A DNA stretch of 62,770 bases, the filler included, from Malassezia furfur (taxonomy: Eukaryota): the NCBI GenBank assembly GCA_052055015.1. It is 5 parts of 5 records of this genome, joined end to end, with 100 filler letters (N's around TTAATTAATTAA, not from the genome) between each part and the next. Parts side by side here need not be neighbours in the genome. Positions count along the whole stretch, not along the records: positions 1 to 12,594 come from JBQJIT010000333.1; positions 12,695 to 25,239 come from JBQJIT010000334.1; 3 more parts are not named here. One strand, given 5' to 3'. Positions within the stretch are counted from its first letter, which is position 1. Every line of letters begins with the position of its first letter. Positions 11,663 to 24,300 of the stretch are shown in pieces. The notes under the pieces were generated by a model that was given only the letters and a program-made list of their open reading frames with translations, did no database searches and was not told the DNA's origin. Both the position numbers and the translations under genes were made by a program.

Positions 11663-12594
11663 ATGATGTGGACTGTGCGAGCTGTGGCTGCGTCGCGCGC
11701 GTGGAATGCTGCGCGCATTGGAAGCACGCTGCGTACGGCGGCCATGAGTACGTCGGCCGTGCGCTGGGACGTGCACAAGATGACCATGCCGGCCATGAGC
11801 CCCACGATGGAGAAGGGCAACCTGGGGCAGTGGAAGGTCAAGGAGGGCGACACGTTCAACGCGGGTGATGTCCTCCTAGAAGTGGTATGTTCCTTGCACT
11901 TACACAGGAAACGGACAAGGCGATGATGGATGTCGAAGCCGACGACGACGGGAAGATGGCAAAAATCCTCGTGCCGTCTGGATCGAAGGACGTCGAAGTG
12001 AATAAGCTCATTGCGTACCTGGCCAGTCCCGACGACGATCTGTCGAGCCTCAAGCTCCCTGATGCCGAGGAGGCACCGAAGCCGTCGCCCAAGGAGGACA
12101 AGCCGGCCCCGCCCAAGCAGAGCGAGGCGCCGCCCAAAGAAAAGAAGGCGGCGGAGACGCCCGCGCATGTGTCGTTCGAGCATACTCCGCTCCCCTCGGT
12201 GCTACGTCTGGCCGAGAAGTATGGGATCGAGCACCCGGAGAAGGAGATCAAGGGCACGGGACTGCACGGCATGCTCACCAAGGGCGATGTGTTGGCGTAT
12301 CTGGGCAAAGTGAAGAGCCCCTTTGGTTCGGCCAGCGGCAAGGCGACCAAAATCACCGACCTCGGTATGCCGCCCTCGAAGGACGCGGCGTCTTCGCCAG
12401 CGAAGAAGCCTAGCGTCACCTCGCTGACGCCTGACGAGGAGCGCGACCTGATCCTGGCGGGTCTCGTCCAGCTGACCTCGTCGAAGCCGGCGCCGGCACC
12501 CGTGGCTACGTTCGACACGATTATGGAAGCCTACAAGGCGCCTGTCACGAAGCAGGGCCCTGCGCCGCCCCCCGAGGCGCGGTGCACGACGGCC
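11663..12594 (+). CDS. PDX1: Pyruvate dehydrogenase protein X (E3-binding protein), 3'-truncated by gap; intron 11885-11907
   Basis: Mitochondrial presequence, lipoyl domain [12 protein letters not shown]...[14 protein letters not shown]3-binding domain PSVLRL...[16 protein letters not shown]. Confidence 0.85.
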
Positions 12595-12694
12595 NNNNNN
12601 NNNNNNNNNNNNNNNNNNNNNNNNNNNNNNNNNNNNNNTTAATTAATTAANNNNNNNNNNNNNNNNNNNNNNNNNNNNNNNNNNNNNNNNNNNN
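12595..12694. other. Artificial contig linker (N44-TTAATTAATTAA-N44)
   Basis: 100-nt N spacer with a six-frame stop linker. Confidence 0.98.
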
Positions 12695-13008
12695 TTTTCA
12701 GTATGATGGTCGTGTACATGACCGTCGTGAACCCGCTCAAGGGCATCACGACCCTCAACGCAGGTACGTCTCGCGTGCTCATACGCAGTGTTTGCGCCGT
12801 ACCGCAACCCGAAGCACACGGTGCTCCCACAGATGCTCGTGTTCATCGTGTGCCAGCTGGCCTGCACCTCGGTCGGCCTGTACAAGTGCTGGAGCATGGG
12901 CCTGCTCCCGACCGAGGCCAGCGACTGGCTCGCATGGTACAAGGCGCCCAGCGTACGTCGCCGGATGCACTCACACAGCCGCTGGAATACACCCCGCGAT
13001 TGGCATAG
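12695..13008 (+). CDS. EMC4: ER membrane complex subunit Emc4, 3' part, 2 short introns
   Basis: FSMMVVYMTVVNPLKGI...GLYKCWSMGLLPTEASDWLAW. Confidence 0.85.
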
Positions 13009-13019
13009 CTGTGTAGTGT

Positions 13020-13458
13020 TTAGCTGGGCGGCGCAGGCGCGGTCTTGCGCTCGCCGCGCCGCCGCCGTGCATACTCCTCCTTGATGCGCCGCATCTGCAG
13101 CTCCTCGGCCGCGCGCGACCGCCGGCACGTCTCCCTGCGTGAGTGCGTTCCGACGTACCATCCGACGACGGAAATGAACAAAAACGTGCCGACCGACCAG
13201 TTGACGACGCGTCCGACGCCGCGGCGCGCGAGCGCCTGAATGGTGCCGATGCTCGTGGCCGACGCAATGGCGAACAGCAAACTGCTCCGTGCGCATGGCA
13301 CGCGCAGAAACGCTTCAAGCGACTCCTTGGACCACACCTGGCGGAGCACCTCGGTGGTGCTGGGCGCCTTGGGCGTGCTGGGCTGCGTGTGAGCGCGTGC
13401 GGGCGCGCGAACGTACCGCTTCGGGCTGCGACAGCCGCGACACGCCGGGGTCCGCCAT
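13020..13458 (-). CDS. COX20: Cytochrome c oxidase assembly factor Cox20, 2 introns
   Basis: VPCARSSLLFAI...NWSVGTFLFISVVGW|ETCRRSR. Confidence 0.8.
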
Positions 13459-13608
13459 CGCGCGCGAACGGGGGGCGAAGCGCGCGGCGTGGGCCGGCCA
13501 TTGGCTTAGGTAAGCCGGCCGTAACCGCGTGGCGTCCTATTATCAGATTACCTACGCCCTCGATCCTTTTTGGTGTGCGAGTCGTCGCACCGAGGCCAGG
13601 AACGCAAC

Positions 13609-15441
13609 ATGATGAAATTGAGTACAGAGAGCACAAAAAATGTGGTTGTGCTGGGCGGGAGTTATGGCGGTATGCATGCGGCCATGGTGCTCGCCAAGAA
13701 GCTCCCGCCGTCCCACCGCGTGATTCTGGTGGAGCGCAACAGCCACTTTAACCACCTCTACGTGTTCCCCCGCTTCACCGTGTACCCGGGGCACGAGCAC
13801 AAGGCGTTTGTGCCGTACACCTCCATCTTCTCCGAGTCGAAGCCGCGCAAGCCGGCCGACTCGACCATTGTCACGGCGGCGCACCTGCATGGCGCCCAGA
13901 ACGACGACAAGACGGGCGACGCTCCGCTGGACGCGGCCGAGATCGAAGGCGCGATCCTCGAGGACCGCGACACGCTGCAGACGGCCGAGGAGGCGCCCGC
14001 GTCGCGGCAAAACAAGGTCATGGACGTGCAGGACATGGTGAACGAGAAGCTGCGCCTGGACGACGATGCCCCGGGCGAGAAGACCGCCGTGAACGGCACG
14101 CACGCCAACGGCACCGCCGAGCCCGCGGACCCCTATCAGAACGCGGAGCCGCACCTGATTGTGTGCGGCGAGGTGGTGAGCATGACCGATAAGCATGTCA
14201 CCGTGCGCCAGCACAACGACGACGAGTCGAAGCAGAAGCCCAAGAACCGGCTGTGGTCCATCGACACGGTCAACATCCCCTACTCGCACCTGATCTACGC
14301 ACTCGGCTCGCACATGCCGGACCCGCTGCGCCACGACTCGTTCTGCAAGGAGAAGGGCGTGCAGTGGATGCGCAAGGCGCACCAGCGCATCGAGAAGAGC
14401 GACGACATCATCCTCGTCGGCGGCGGTGCGCTCGGCGTGGAGCTCGCGACCGACATCAAGACGCTCTACCCGCAGAAGAAGGTGACGCTCATCCACTCGC
14501 GGCAGCGGCTGCTGCCCAACTTTGACAAGCGCATCCACGAGCACGCCTTGGCACAGCTCGAGAAGCTCGGCGTGCACGTCGTGCTGGGCCACCGCCTCGC
14601 GCTCGCCGAGGGCTGCCCCATGGGCAGCAACGTGCAGCACTTTGAGCAGAAGCGCGCGGCGCCGGACGAGGTGCCGGCGGCGCCCGGCAAGCCGAAGCCG
14701 ACCATCATCGAGCCGGCGGTGCCCGAGGGCGAGGAGGCGCCGCCGATGCGCCACCACATCCGCACGACGCTCGGCCTGGAGCTGGACTGCGACCTGCTGC
14801 TCTTGTGCACCGGGCAGCAGCCCAACTCGTCCATCATGGCCCAGTTCTCGCCGCGCAGCGTCAACCACAAGTCGCGGCTCGTGAGTGTGCTGCGCACGCT
14901 GCAGGTGATGATCTCCGACGACGACGACGCCGCGCAGCAGCCGTTCAACACCGTGCCGCCGTGCAAGGACTGCGACTGCTTCGTGGACCACAAGGCGAAC
15001 GGCGTCGAGGAGCACACGCACGTCGACAGCGACCACGAGGTCAAGCAGCTGCGCTTCTTCCCCAACATCTACGCCATTGGCGACGTGGCTGACGCGTTCG
15101 GCGCGCTGAATGCAGGATACCAGGCCTGGTTTATGGGCGAGACGGCCGCAGCCAACATCCTCCGCGACATTATGCACCGCACCGACCCCGAGGACCCGAG
15201 CACGGAGGTGCCGGCCGACCAGCCGGTGCCGCTGCAGGAGTTTACACCCGGGCCGGACATGATCAAGCTGACGATCGGCGGCGGGAAGCTCGTCACGCAG
15301 GGCGCGCCCGAGCCCGATGAGTCGCTGCCGGACAAGCCCGTGCGCCCGACGATCACCGAGTCGGACGACACCGAAGACATGTACATCGAGAGCGTCTGGA
15401 AGAACATGGCGCTCGCGGACCCCTCGGACATGTACAAGTAG
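13609..15441 (+). CDS. AIF/AMID(FSP1)-like FAD/NAD(P)H oxidoreductase
   Basis: VVVLGGSYGG, VERNSHFNHLYVFPRF, ILVGGGALGVELATDIK, LIHSRQRLLP, NIYAIGDVAD. Confidence 0.88.
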   Translation: MMKLSTESTKNVVVLGGSYGGMHAAMVLAKKLPPSHRVILVERNSHFNHLYVFPRFTVYPGHEHKAFVPYTSIFSESKPRKPADSTIVTAAHLHGAQNDDKTGDAPLDAAEIEGAILEDRDTLQTAEEAPASRQNKVMDVQDMVNEKLRLDDDAPGEKTAVNGTHANGTAEPADPYQNAEPHLIVCGEVVSMTDKHVTVRQHNDDESKQKPKNRLWSIDTVNIPYSHLIYALGSHMPDPLRHDSFCKEKGVQWMRKAHQRIEKSDDIILVGGGALGVELATDIKTLYPQKKVTLIHSRQRLLPNFDKRIHEHALAQLEKLGVHVVLGHRLALAEGCPMGSNVQHFEQKRAAPDEVPAAPGKPKPTIIEPAVPEGEEAPPMRHHIRTTLGLELDCDLLLLCTGQQPNSSIMAQFSPRSVNHKSRLVSVLRTLQVMISDDDDAAQQPFNTVPPCKDCDCFVDHKANGVEEHTHVDSDHEVKQLRFFPNIYAIGDVADAFGALNAGYQAWFMGETAAANILRDIMHRTDPEDPSTEVPADQPVPLQEFTPGPDMIKLTIGGGKLVTQGAPEPDESLPDKPVRPTITESDDTEDMYIESVWKNMALADPSDMYK

Positions 15442-15714
15442 TGGGCCCGGCCCCCTTCTTCCTCTCGGCCCCCCTGGTCTACCGGACTCGTGGGCGGCGG
15501 CATACCCCCTCTTCTGTCTAGGTTTGACACAAAATAGCATTGTGATGATATAACTGCACTAACATGCATGCATGCCGGTACATCTAAAGCCCAGCCTTTT
15601 TCTATTCCACGAGGAATATGGGTGTAAGAGTCAAGATACATGGCACAGAGCTCGTTGGCTGGTGCACCGGCGCAGCTCGTGCATAGGATATCCAAGAAGA
15701 AGGAGGAAGGCCGT

Positions 15715-17106
<1,392 letters not shown>

Positions 17107-17206
17107 ATAGAGGGCACGCCCAAGCCACTGCTCATCACGGGGCACCGGGCACGCCCCAAGGCGGCGCACCTGCTGGATTGCTACTATACACACCGTGTCC
17201 CACTCT

Positions 17207-17545
17207 TTACATACGCGGGGGCGACACCTGCGCGGGGTCAGCATGGTCAGTGCATGCGTACCAGAATGACACCGTCGCCACGCACAAACATCATTTTGGC
17301 ATTCCGCTTGGAGATCTGCGTGAGCTGCATGCGTCGCGTACCTTGATGGACTCGGCGCCGGTGTCCTCGGCGACTTGCACGTCGTAGATCGTCTCCTCGA
17401 CGTCGCCCATGATGAGGTTCATGTGACCGTCGTACGCATGGAGCACACCGCGCAGCTCGCGGTCGCCGCGCAGCTTCACGAGGACGCGCTCGCTGATCGA
17501 AAGCCGGATCAAGTCGAACGGCTCGGTGACGCCAAGGTTGGGCAT
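17207..17545 (-). CDS. LSM3: Sm-like protein Lsm3, 2 introns
   Basis: [46 protein letters not shown]...[15 protein letters not shown]. Confidence 0.95.
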
Positions 17546-17652
17546 TGTGTGGGAGGCGACGAAGAAGCGGCGCGTGGCGGGGTATTTTTGCCAATAAAAA
17601 TGCAACGGCCTACGAGGCGCCTCTTTCTTCGCGACGCCCTCTGGCAACGACC

Positions 17653-18636
17653 ATGCTTCGTGCGCGGCTTCTTCGCAGCGCGCAGGCGACTGCGCCGCTC
17701 GTGCGCGGTCGCTGGCTCCATGCTACGCGCGTGTCCGCGGAGAACTTTGTGCCCTCGCGCAACCAGCTCCCGGAGCACCCGCTCGAGATCGGCGACGTGC
17801 AGGCGAGCCGGCTTCGTGAGCACTACGAGCGGACGCTCGCGCCTGACATGCTGTATATGATGTACGACCCCACGCCCGAGACCAAGAAGGAGCAGGTGCT
17901 GAACCACGAGGACCGTGTGCGCCGCTGGGAGGGCGACTCGCCCTACTTCCGCAACCGTTCCGCGCGGCCGCAGCGCGGCAACCGCCCGCTCCTGCCGCTG
18001 GCGAAGCCGCTGCAGGAGGTCAAGCATCTCGAGCACGCGATCCCGCACCTGGAGCGCGTGGTAATCACCGCATTCTGCCGCGACGCCATCACCAACAAGC
18101 AGGCGCTGCTGCCGCTGCTCGGTCAGCTCCGTGCGATCACCGGCCTGCCGGTGCTGGGCTCGCAGGCGGACCCGACGGTGGGCAACGCGCCCGAGACGGC
18201 CAAGCTTGCGCGCCACGGCTACGTGCAGGTGCTGCGCGCGAAGAAGGGTGTCGCCTCGTTCAAGCTGCGCCCGGGCATGCCCGTGGGCGCACAGGCCGTG
18301 CTGTATGGTGACGCGGCCTACCAATTCATCGAGGTGCTCACTACGTTTGTGCTGCCGCGCCTGCGTGGCTTTGCGGGTCTGCCGCTCCCGCCCGCGGGCC
18401 AGCCGCTGCTGAGTCCCGCGGCAGTGAGCGGCGTGGTGTCGTTCGGCATGGGCCCCGAGGCGCTGCCGCTGTTCCCCCAGGTGGAAGTCAACCTGGACCA
18501 ATACCCCGGCCGGCGCCACGGCATGCAGATCGACTGCGTCACCAACCAGCGTGGGCGCCGTGCCACGGAGCGCGCGCGGACACTGCTGAGCGGACTCGGA
18601 CTGCCGTTCGTGCGCCGCGGCACGGTGGCTTTGTAG
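17653..18636 (+). CDS. MRPL7: Mitochondrial ribosomal protein uL5m
   Basis: [58 protein letters not shown]. Confidence 0.9.
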   Translation: MLRARLLRSAQATAPLVRGRWLHATRVSAENFVPSRNQLPEHPLEIGDVQASRLREHYERTLAPDMLYMMYDPTPETKKEQVLNHEDRVRRWEGDSPYFRNRSARPQRGNRPLLPLAKPLQEVKHLEHAIPHLERVVITAFCRDAITNKQALLPLLGQLRAITGLPVLGSQADPTVGNAPETAKLARHGYVQVLRAKKGVASFKLRPGMPVGAQAVLYGDAAYQFIEVLTTFVLPRLRGFAGLPLPPAGQPLLSPAAVSGVVSFGMGPEALPLFPQVEVNLDQYPGRRHGMQIDCVTNQRGRRATERARTLLSGLGLPFVRRGTVAL

Positions 18637-19644
18637 CTATGCATAGTACGCCTGGACGGCGTTGCGCACCTCTTGCGAAATGAACAAATCCTCGCTCAGC
18701 TCGCTCAAGGGCGTGCCGGGTACCAGCGCGTAGCGGTCTAAGTCCTCGGTGGTGAAGCCGTGCTGCTGGCGTAGGTACAGCTCGTCAATCAAGAAGCGGC
18801 CCCTGTGTCAGCGAAAGGGGCACGTACGTGAAGGTCGCTGGCTCGGCCAGGATGCGCACCGCCGCATCCGACACAATTTCGGGCGAGCGCCAGTGCTTCT
18901 CCGCACCCTCGCCGGGGTTCACGATGCGCATGGCGCTCGTGCCGATCAGCGTGTATGGCCACAGCGCATTGCTGGCCACGCCTTTCGCCTTGCACTCGGC
19001 TGCGAGCGCGTAGGCGGCGACCGACATGGCGCACTTGGACATGGCATACAGCGCCTTGGTGTCTGCGAACGACGACAAAATCTCGCCGTTCTCGCGCTCA
19101 AACATGCCCTGGTCCAGCGGAGGAGAGAGCGTCAGAATGTGGGGGTTGCGCTGGGCCTGCGCCGAGGCGAACAGGTGCGGCAGCGCATAGCGCGACGTGA
19201 GCCATGTCCCACGCGCGTTGATGTTGTTGATCAGGTCGTACGTCTTGGGCGTCGCGTCCGCGGTCGGGCCCAGGTTGATGGCCGACGCCTGGGGTCAGAA
19301 GCACCGACGTACATTGTTCACCACCATGTCGAGCGAGCGAAAGTGCGACGCGACACGGTGGACGGCGTCCTCGACGGCACCTGCATCACGCACATCGAGC
19401 TGCAGCGCAAGCGCCTTGGCGCCCGTGTTGTTGCGCTCGGCGATCTCGTGCAGCTCGTCGACGACCGTATGAATGGTGCCCGGCAGCGTCTTGTGCGGCT
19501 CGGCGCTCTTGGCCGCGACGGCGACGTTCGCGCCGCGCGCGACCAGCGCCTTGGCGATTTCCGCGCCGATCCCCCGCGAGGCGCCCGTGCTGTGTGAGGC
19601 AAGCAGACCTACATCAGTGCCGTCTTCCCCGCCAAGCTTGTCAT
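18637..19644 (-). CDS. HSDL2-like short-chain dehydrogenase, 3 introns
   Basis: LAGKTAL|TGASRGIGAEIA, AAKSAEPHKTLPGTIHT, VNN|ASAINL, YAMSK (YxxxK), RSPEIVSDAA, GRFLIDE. Confidence 0.88.
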
Positions 19645-19683
19645 GGTGTGGGGAAAAAGCCGGCCGGCCTTCCTCCACCCGCC

Positions 19684-21384
19684 ATGGTGGTGTGCCAATA
19701 CTACCTGCAGGGCCGCTGCCGCTTTGGCAACAACTGCCGAAACGAGCACCCGCCCAAGACAGGCAGCGGGTTTGGGCAGCCGTCGGCATTTGGAAGCGCC
19801 AACACCTTCCAAGGCAATGCGTTTGGCGGCGGAAAAAAGACCGCCGAGCCGGAAATTGCGCTCACGAAAGACGGCATCGCCCAAGACTTGGGGCCGCATG
19901 GCCGCCCCCTATGGAAGCGCACGAGCTACGCGCCTGCGCGCTCCGACCCCAATCTGATCACCGGCATTGACACGAGCCCCGAAGAGGACCGCGTGATGGC
20001 GTACCAGGCCAAGCAGTCGGGGCAGCAGGCCGCCTACACCCAGCATGTCCAGCAGATGGAGATGCAGGCGGATGCAGCGTATGCGCAGATGGCCAGCAAC
20101 CCCCAGCAGGCGCTCCAGAAAGCACTGGCGAACCGCAAGCAGGGCCAGGCGCCCGCCCCGAGCGCCCAGCCGACCGCGTTTGGCGCCGCGGCGCCCAGTG
20201 CGTTTGGCGCGTCGGCCGGCACACCAAGTGCGTTTGGTGCAGCTGCGCCGAGTGCGTTTGGCAGCGCCGCGAAGCCCGCAACGGCCTTTGGCGCGCCGGC
20301 CGCACCGAGCGCATTTGGCGGCGCGTCGAGTACGCCCAGTGCGTTTGGATCGACGTCCGCGTTCGGCGCCAAGCCCGCGACGGGCGCCGCATTTGGGAAG
20401 CCCGGCGGAGCGGCGTTCGGCGCCCCGAGTGCGTTTGGCGCCGCGCAGCCAACGGCCTCGGCGTTCGGGTCGACCGCGCAACCGTCGGCGTTCGGCGGCG
20501 CTGCATCGAGCACGTCGACAGGCGCCTCGGCGTTTGGATCGACGGCGCAGCCGTCTGCGTTTGGCAAGCCATCCGCGTTTGGCGCCGCGGCGCAGCCGTC
20601 AGCCTTTGGCAAGCCCGCACAGCCTTCGGCGTTTGGGTCGACCGCACAGCCGTCGGCGTTTGGGTCCACGGCGCAGCCGTCGGCGTTTGGCAAGCCATCC
20701 GCGTTTGGGGGTGCGCAGCCCTCGGCGTTTGGCTCCGCGCAGCCGGCGTCGGGGTCGGCTCCGCAGCCGTCCGCGTTCGGCTCGACGGCCCAGCCGTCGG
20801 CGTTCGGCTCCACCGCGCAGCCTTCTGCGTTTGGCTCCACCGCACAGCCTTCTGCGTTTGGCTCGACGGCGCAGCCTTCTGCCTTTGGGCAGCCGGCGCA
20901 GCCCTCGGCGTTTGGTCAGCCGGCGCAGCCGTCGGCGTTTGGCTCTGCCGCCAAGCCTGCCGCCAAGCCGTCGGCGTTTGGTGCGCCGTCAGCGTTTGGA
21001 CAGCCTGCCCAGGCGGCCGCATCGGGCGCGAGTGCTCCGTCAGCGTTCGGAGCACCGAGCGCGACAGGCACATCGGCGTTTGGGACGCCCAGCGGGGCGG
21101 GTGCATCTGCGTTTGGGGCGCCGGGTGCGGGTGCTTCCGCACCGGGTGGAGCGGCCCCGGCGGGTGCTTCCGCCCCAGGGGGCGGCGCGCCGAGTGCGTT
21201 TGGGGCCCCTGGGCCCAGCGCGCCGTCGGCGTTCGGCGGCGCGCCACCGGCGCCCGCTGCGTCGCTGTTCCCCCGCCCCGACGCGAGCGAGCTGCCCGAC
21301 GACGTGCTGGAGGCGTTCCGTGCAGAGACGTTTGTCTGGGGCCAGGTCCCCCAGGTGGAGCCGCCGGCGTCGGTGTGCACATAG
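19684..21384 (+). CDS. NUP42: FG nucleoporin Nup42/Amo1 (NUPL2-like) with CCCH zinc finger
   Basis: MVVCQYYLQGRCRFGNNCRNEH, DTSPEEDR, long SAFG repeat tract, C-terminal AFRAETFVWGQVPQVEPP (Gle1-binding-like). Confidence 0.88.
   Translation: MVVCQYYLQGRCRFGNNCRNEHPPKTGSGFGQPSAFGSANTFQGNAFGGGKKTAEPEIALTKDGIAQDLGPHGRPLWKRTSYAPARSDPNLITGIDTSPEEDRVMAYQAKQSGQQAAYTQHVQQMEMQADAAYAQMASNPQQALQKALANRKQGQAPAPSAQPTAFGAAAPSAFGASAGTPSAFGAAAPSAFGSAAKPATAFGAPAAPSAFGGASSTPSAFGSTSAFGAKPATGAAFGKPGGAAFGAPSAFGAAQPTASAFGSTAQPSAFGGAASSTSTGASAFGSTAQPSAFGKPSAFGAAAQPSAFGKPAQPSAFGSTAQPSAFGSTAQPSAFGKPSAFGGAQPSAFGSAQPASGSAPQPSAFGSTAQPSAFGSTAQPSAFGSTAQPSAFGSTAQPSAFGQPAQPSAFGQPAQPSAFGSAAKPAAKPSAFGAPSAFGQPAQAAASGASAPSAFGAPSATGTSAFGTPSGAGASAFGAPGAGASAPGGAAPAGASAPGGGAPSAFGAPGPSAPSAFGGAPPAPAASLFPRPDASELPDDVLEAFRAETFVWGQVPQVEPPASVCT
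20170..21240 (+). repeat. Coding tandem repeat encoding PSAFG units (core 27-nt PSAFGSTAQ)
   Basis: Dozens of degenerate tcNgcgtt(t/c)ggN units; boundaries approximate. Confidence 0.9.
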
Positions 21385-21394
21385 TCTAGATACC

Positions 21395-24300
21395 CTATAC
21401 CTCGAGACGGTACGCGTTGCGCTCGGCACACACGGGGCACCCGGTGTGTGCGAGCGGGAGCGCCGCGAGCTGCTTGGCGCGGCGCACGGCGCGGTGCTGC
21501 ACGTGTGCCTGCGTGTGTGCTGCCGGCGTCAGGCGCGTGTCGTCGGTGTCGGCCGCGAGGCCCGGCAGCGCGTCGTCCGCGGGGTCAGCACGCACCCAAG
21601 CGGCGCTCTCGCGTGCGTACTGCGCACTGACCGGTGCGTCGACCGGCGCGAACGGTGCGGGCGCCGCGGCGCGCGCCGTGTCCGGAGCGACACACGCGAG
21701 GTGCGCCACGTGCCAGCAGAAGAAGAGCACGGCGGGCTCGGCGCGCGCGAGGAGCGGCGCGGCACAGACGGCGCAGCGCGTGTGTGCGTCGCATGCGCGG
21801 GCGGCCTGGAGCGACGCGAGGTAGTGTGCGGTGAGCTCGCACACGGCGTGGCTCTGCACGTCGCGGCACCCCTGGAGGAGCGAGTGCTGGAGGTGGATGG
21901 TGTGGAGCGTCTTGATCACGGCGTGCTTCAGCCCCGGGATCGCGAGGCCGGGGCGGATGAGGCGCAGGATGCGCGACGGGTCGATCTCGCCGCCGACGTG
22001 CTCAAGCAGGCCGCGCAGAAAGTCGGGGCGGTCGCGCGCATAGTCGAGCAGGCGGTCCCACAGCTCTGCGTCGTCCTGCTGCTTGACAAAGTCGACGGCC
22101 ATGCGCACGTCGTGCAGGCGCTCGATGATGAGGTTCAGCGCGCCGCGCACGTCGCCCGTGCGCCCGAGCAGGAAGATCATCTCGGGCACGTAGTCGTGCG
22201 CCTCGCACACCTGGTACGCCTTTTCGAACGAGTACACATAGCTCATCGTGCGCAGGAACGGCATGAGCTTCGCGTAGTGGAAGTCGGCGTAGAGCGCCAC
22301 GAGCTCGTTCGCGTACTCGGACACGAGCGGCGGGTCGCGGTCAAAGAGCGCGTCGAGGTACACGTACGCGTACCACGGAAAGGGCGCGAGCTGCGCCATG
22401 GCGCGCCCGATCGGGATCGAGTGCAGGTGGTCGACGAGGAGCGGCGTCACGGCGTTGGCCGCGGGGCGCGGCGTGCCGGCCAGGTCCTGGTCGAGCGCCA
22501 CGAGCTGCGCGAGCTTGTCCTGCACGTCGGTGAACAGGTTGTGCTCGCGGATCAGCGCAAAGACGGTCGGGTCGCGCAGCTGCAGCAGGTAGCCGAGCGC
22601 CTTGCCCGGCGCGTGCGACGCGAGGTACAGCTCCGCGAGGCACGCCGTGAGCGTCACCGAGCCCGCCGCGCGGTCCTGGATCGCGGCCGCGACCGCCTGC
22701 CGCGAGTAGATCGTCGCAGGCCACGCGCGCAGCGTCGCGAGCAGCTGCGCCGGGTCGTGGTGCAGCAGGTCGACGAGCACCATGTCGTACACCATCTCGC
22801 TCAGCACGGGGTCGTGCGTCGGGATGTGCGGCAGCACCGCCGCGAGCTCGCCGCGGTCGAGGTACAGGAGCACCATCTCCTCCCACGCCGCTGCGTCGGT
22901 GCGCAGCAGCACGGGGAAGAGCGCCGCCGCGCCGGCGTAGTCGCCCTGCGCGATGCGGTGCTGCAGGTAGGTGCGCCCGATCGCCGCCGTGTCGAAGCCG
23001 AGCGCACGCGCGCCCGCGCTGCCGAGCGCCTCGAGCGCCTCGAGCGCCGCGCGGTACGCCTGGCGCTCCAGCAGCCACGCGATGTGGTCGCGCACGGTGC
23101 GCGGGTGCGCCGCGGTGAGCTGCGCGCGCGCCGCGACGTACAGCACGCGGCGCTCGGCGCGCGCATGCGCGGGCGCGTCGACGTCGCGCTCGACGACCGA
23201 CGCAAGGTGCAAGTCGCGGCACCGCAGGCGCGCGGGGTCGATGTCGAGCACGTCGCACCCCACCTCTTCGCCGTGCGCATTGATCACGCGCAGCTCGGGG
23301 TGCTGTGCGTCGTGCGCCATGCGCACCGCGCCCTCGTCGCGCAGGCGGCGCAGGTCGTCGGCGTGCGCGACGTACGCCAGCACCACGAGGCGGTCGCCGT
23401 CCGGCGCGACGCTGGCGACGAGGCAGTCGAGCTCAAAGATGTCGGTGATCTCGACGTAGAACGACGGCGGCGCCGTGCCGACGCCGGGCACGAGCGTCGA
23501 CAGCCCCGACACGCTCTGCAGCACGTCGGCAGCCGCGGCGTTGCGCGCATGCACGCGGGCGATCGTGATGCGCTGCCCCTGCGCGACGAGCAGCGACGTC
23601 GGCGAGTGCCACACGAGCGTGTACGGCGCGAGCTCCGCACGCACGCCCGGCTCGGGCGCCGCGATGCGCGTGATCAGGTCGTGCGTGTGCGCGTCGACGA
23701 TGCGCACGCCCCGGTCGTTCGCCCACGCAATCCACCGGTCGCGCCAGGCGATCGCCCAGATCGGGCCTTCGCCCGCGTGCAGGACGGTCTCCTTGTGGCC
23801 GAACCAGCGCTTTTCGCGGTAGATCAGCGCGCCGCCCATCCCGCCGCACACAAACGCGCGCGAGGAGCGCTGGCCAAAGTGCGGCTCGAGCGCGAGCGCC
23901 TGCATCGGCCGGGGGAAGTCGAAGCGGTACTGCTCGGAGGTGTGCAGCGACGCGATCGCCACGCACCCATCGAGGCCCGCGCTGCCGACAAACGTCCCCG
24001 TCGTGTCCAGCACAATCTGCTGCACGGCCGCCGTGTGGAAGGAAAAGCCCTTGTGCAGCAGACCGTCCTTGTTCAGCACATAGATCATGCCCGACGCCAT
24101 GCCGAGTGCAATGTGCTCTGCGGACACGGCGCACGCGCTCAGCGTGTCGCGCGCAAAGATGTCGCGCGCGCTCCATCCGATCGCGACGTAGTTGTACATG
24201 GGCTCTTCGTCATCGGACGCATCGGACGCGTCGGAAGCGGACGCAGCGGCGTCGGATGCCTCGGACTGTGTGTCGGCATCGTCGTCGTCCGCCGCGGCGT

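Noticed and set aside
12639..12650. TTAATTAATTAA recurring about every 12.6 kb
   Set aside because: Assembly linker inside N runs, not a biological periodicity.
20170..21240. Tandem repeats as CRISPR, satellite or mobile DNA
   Set aside because: They are in-frame, synonymously varied FG-nucleoporin repeats.
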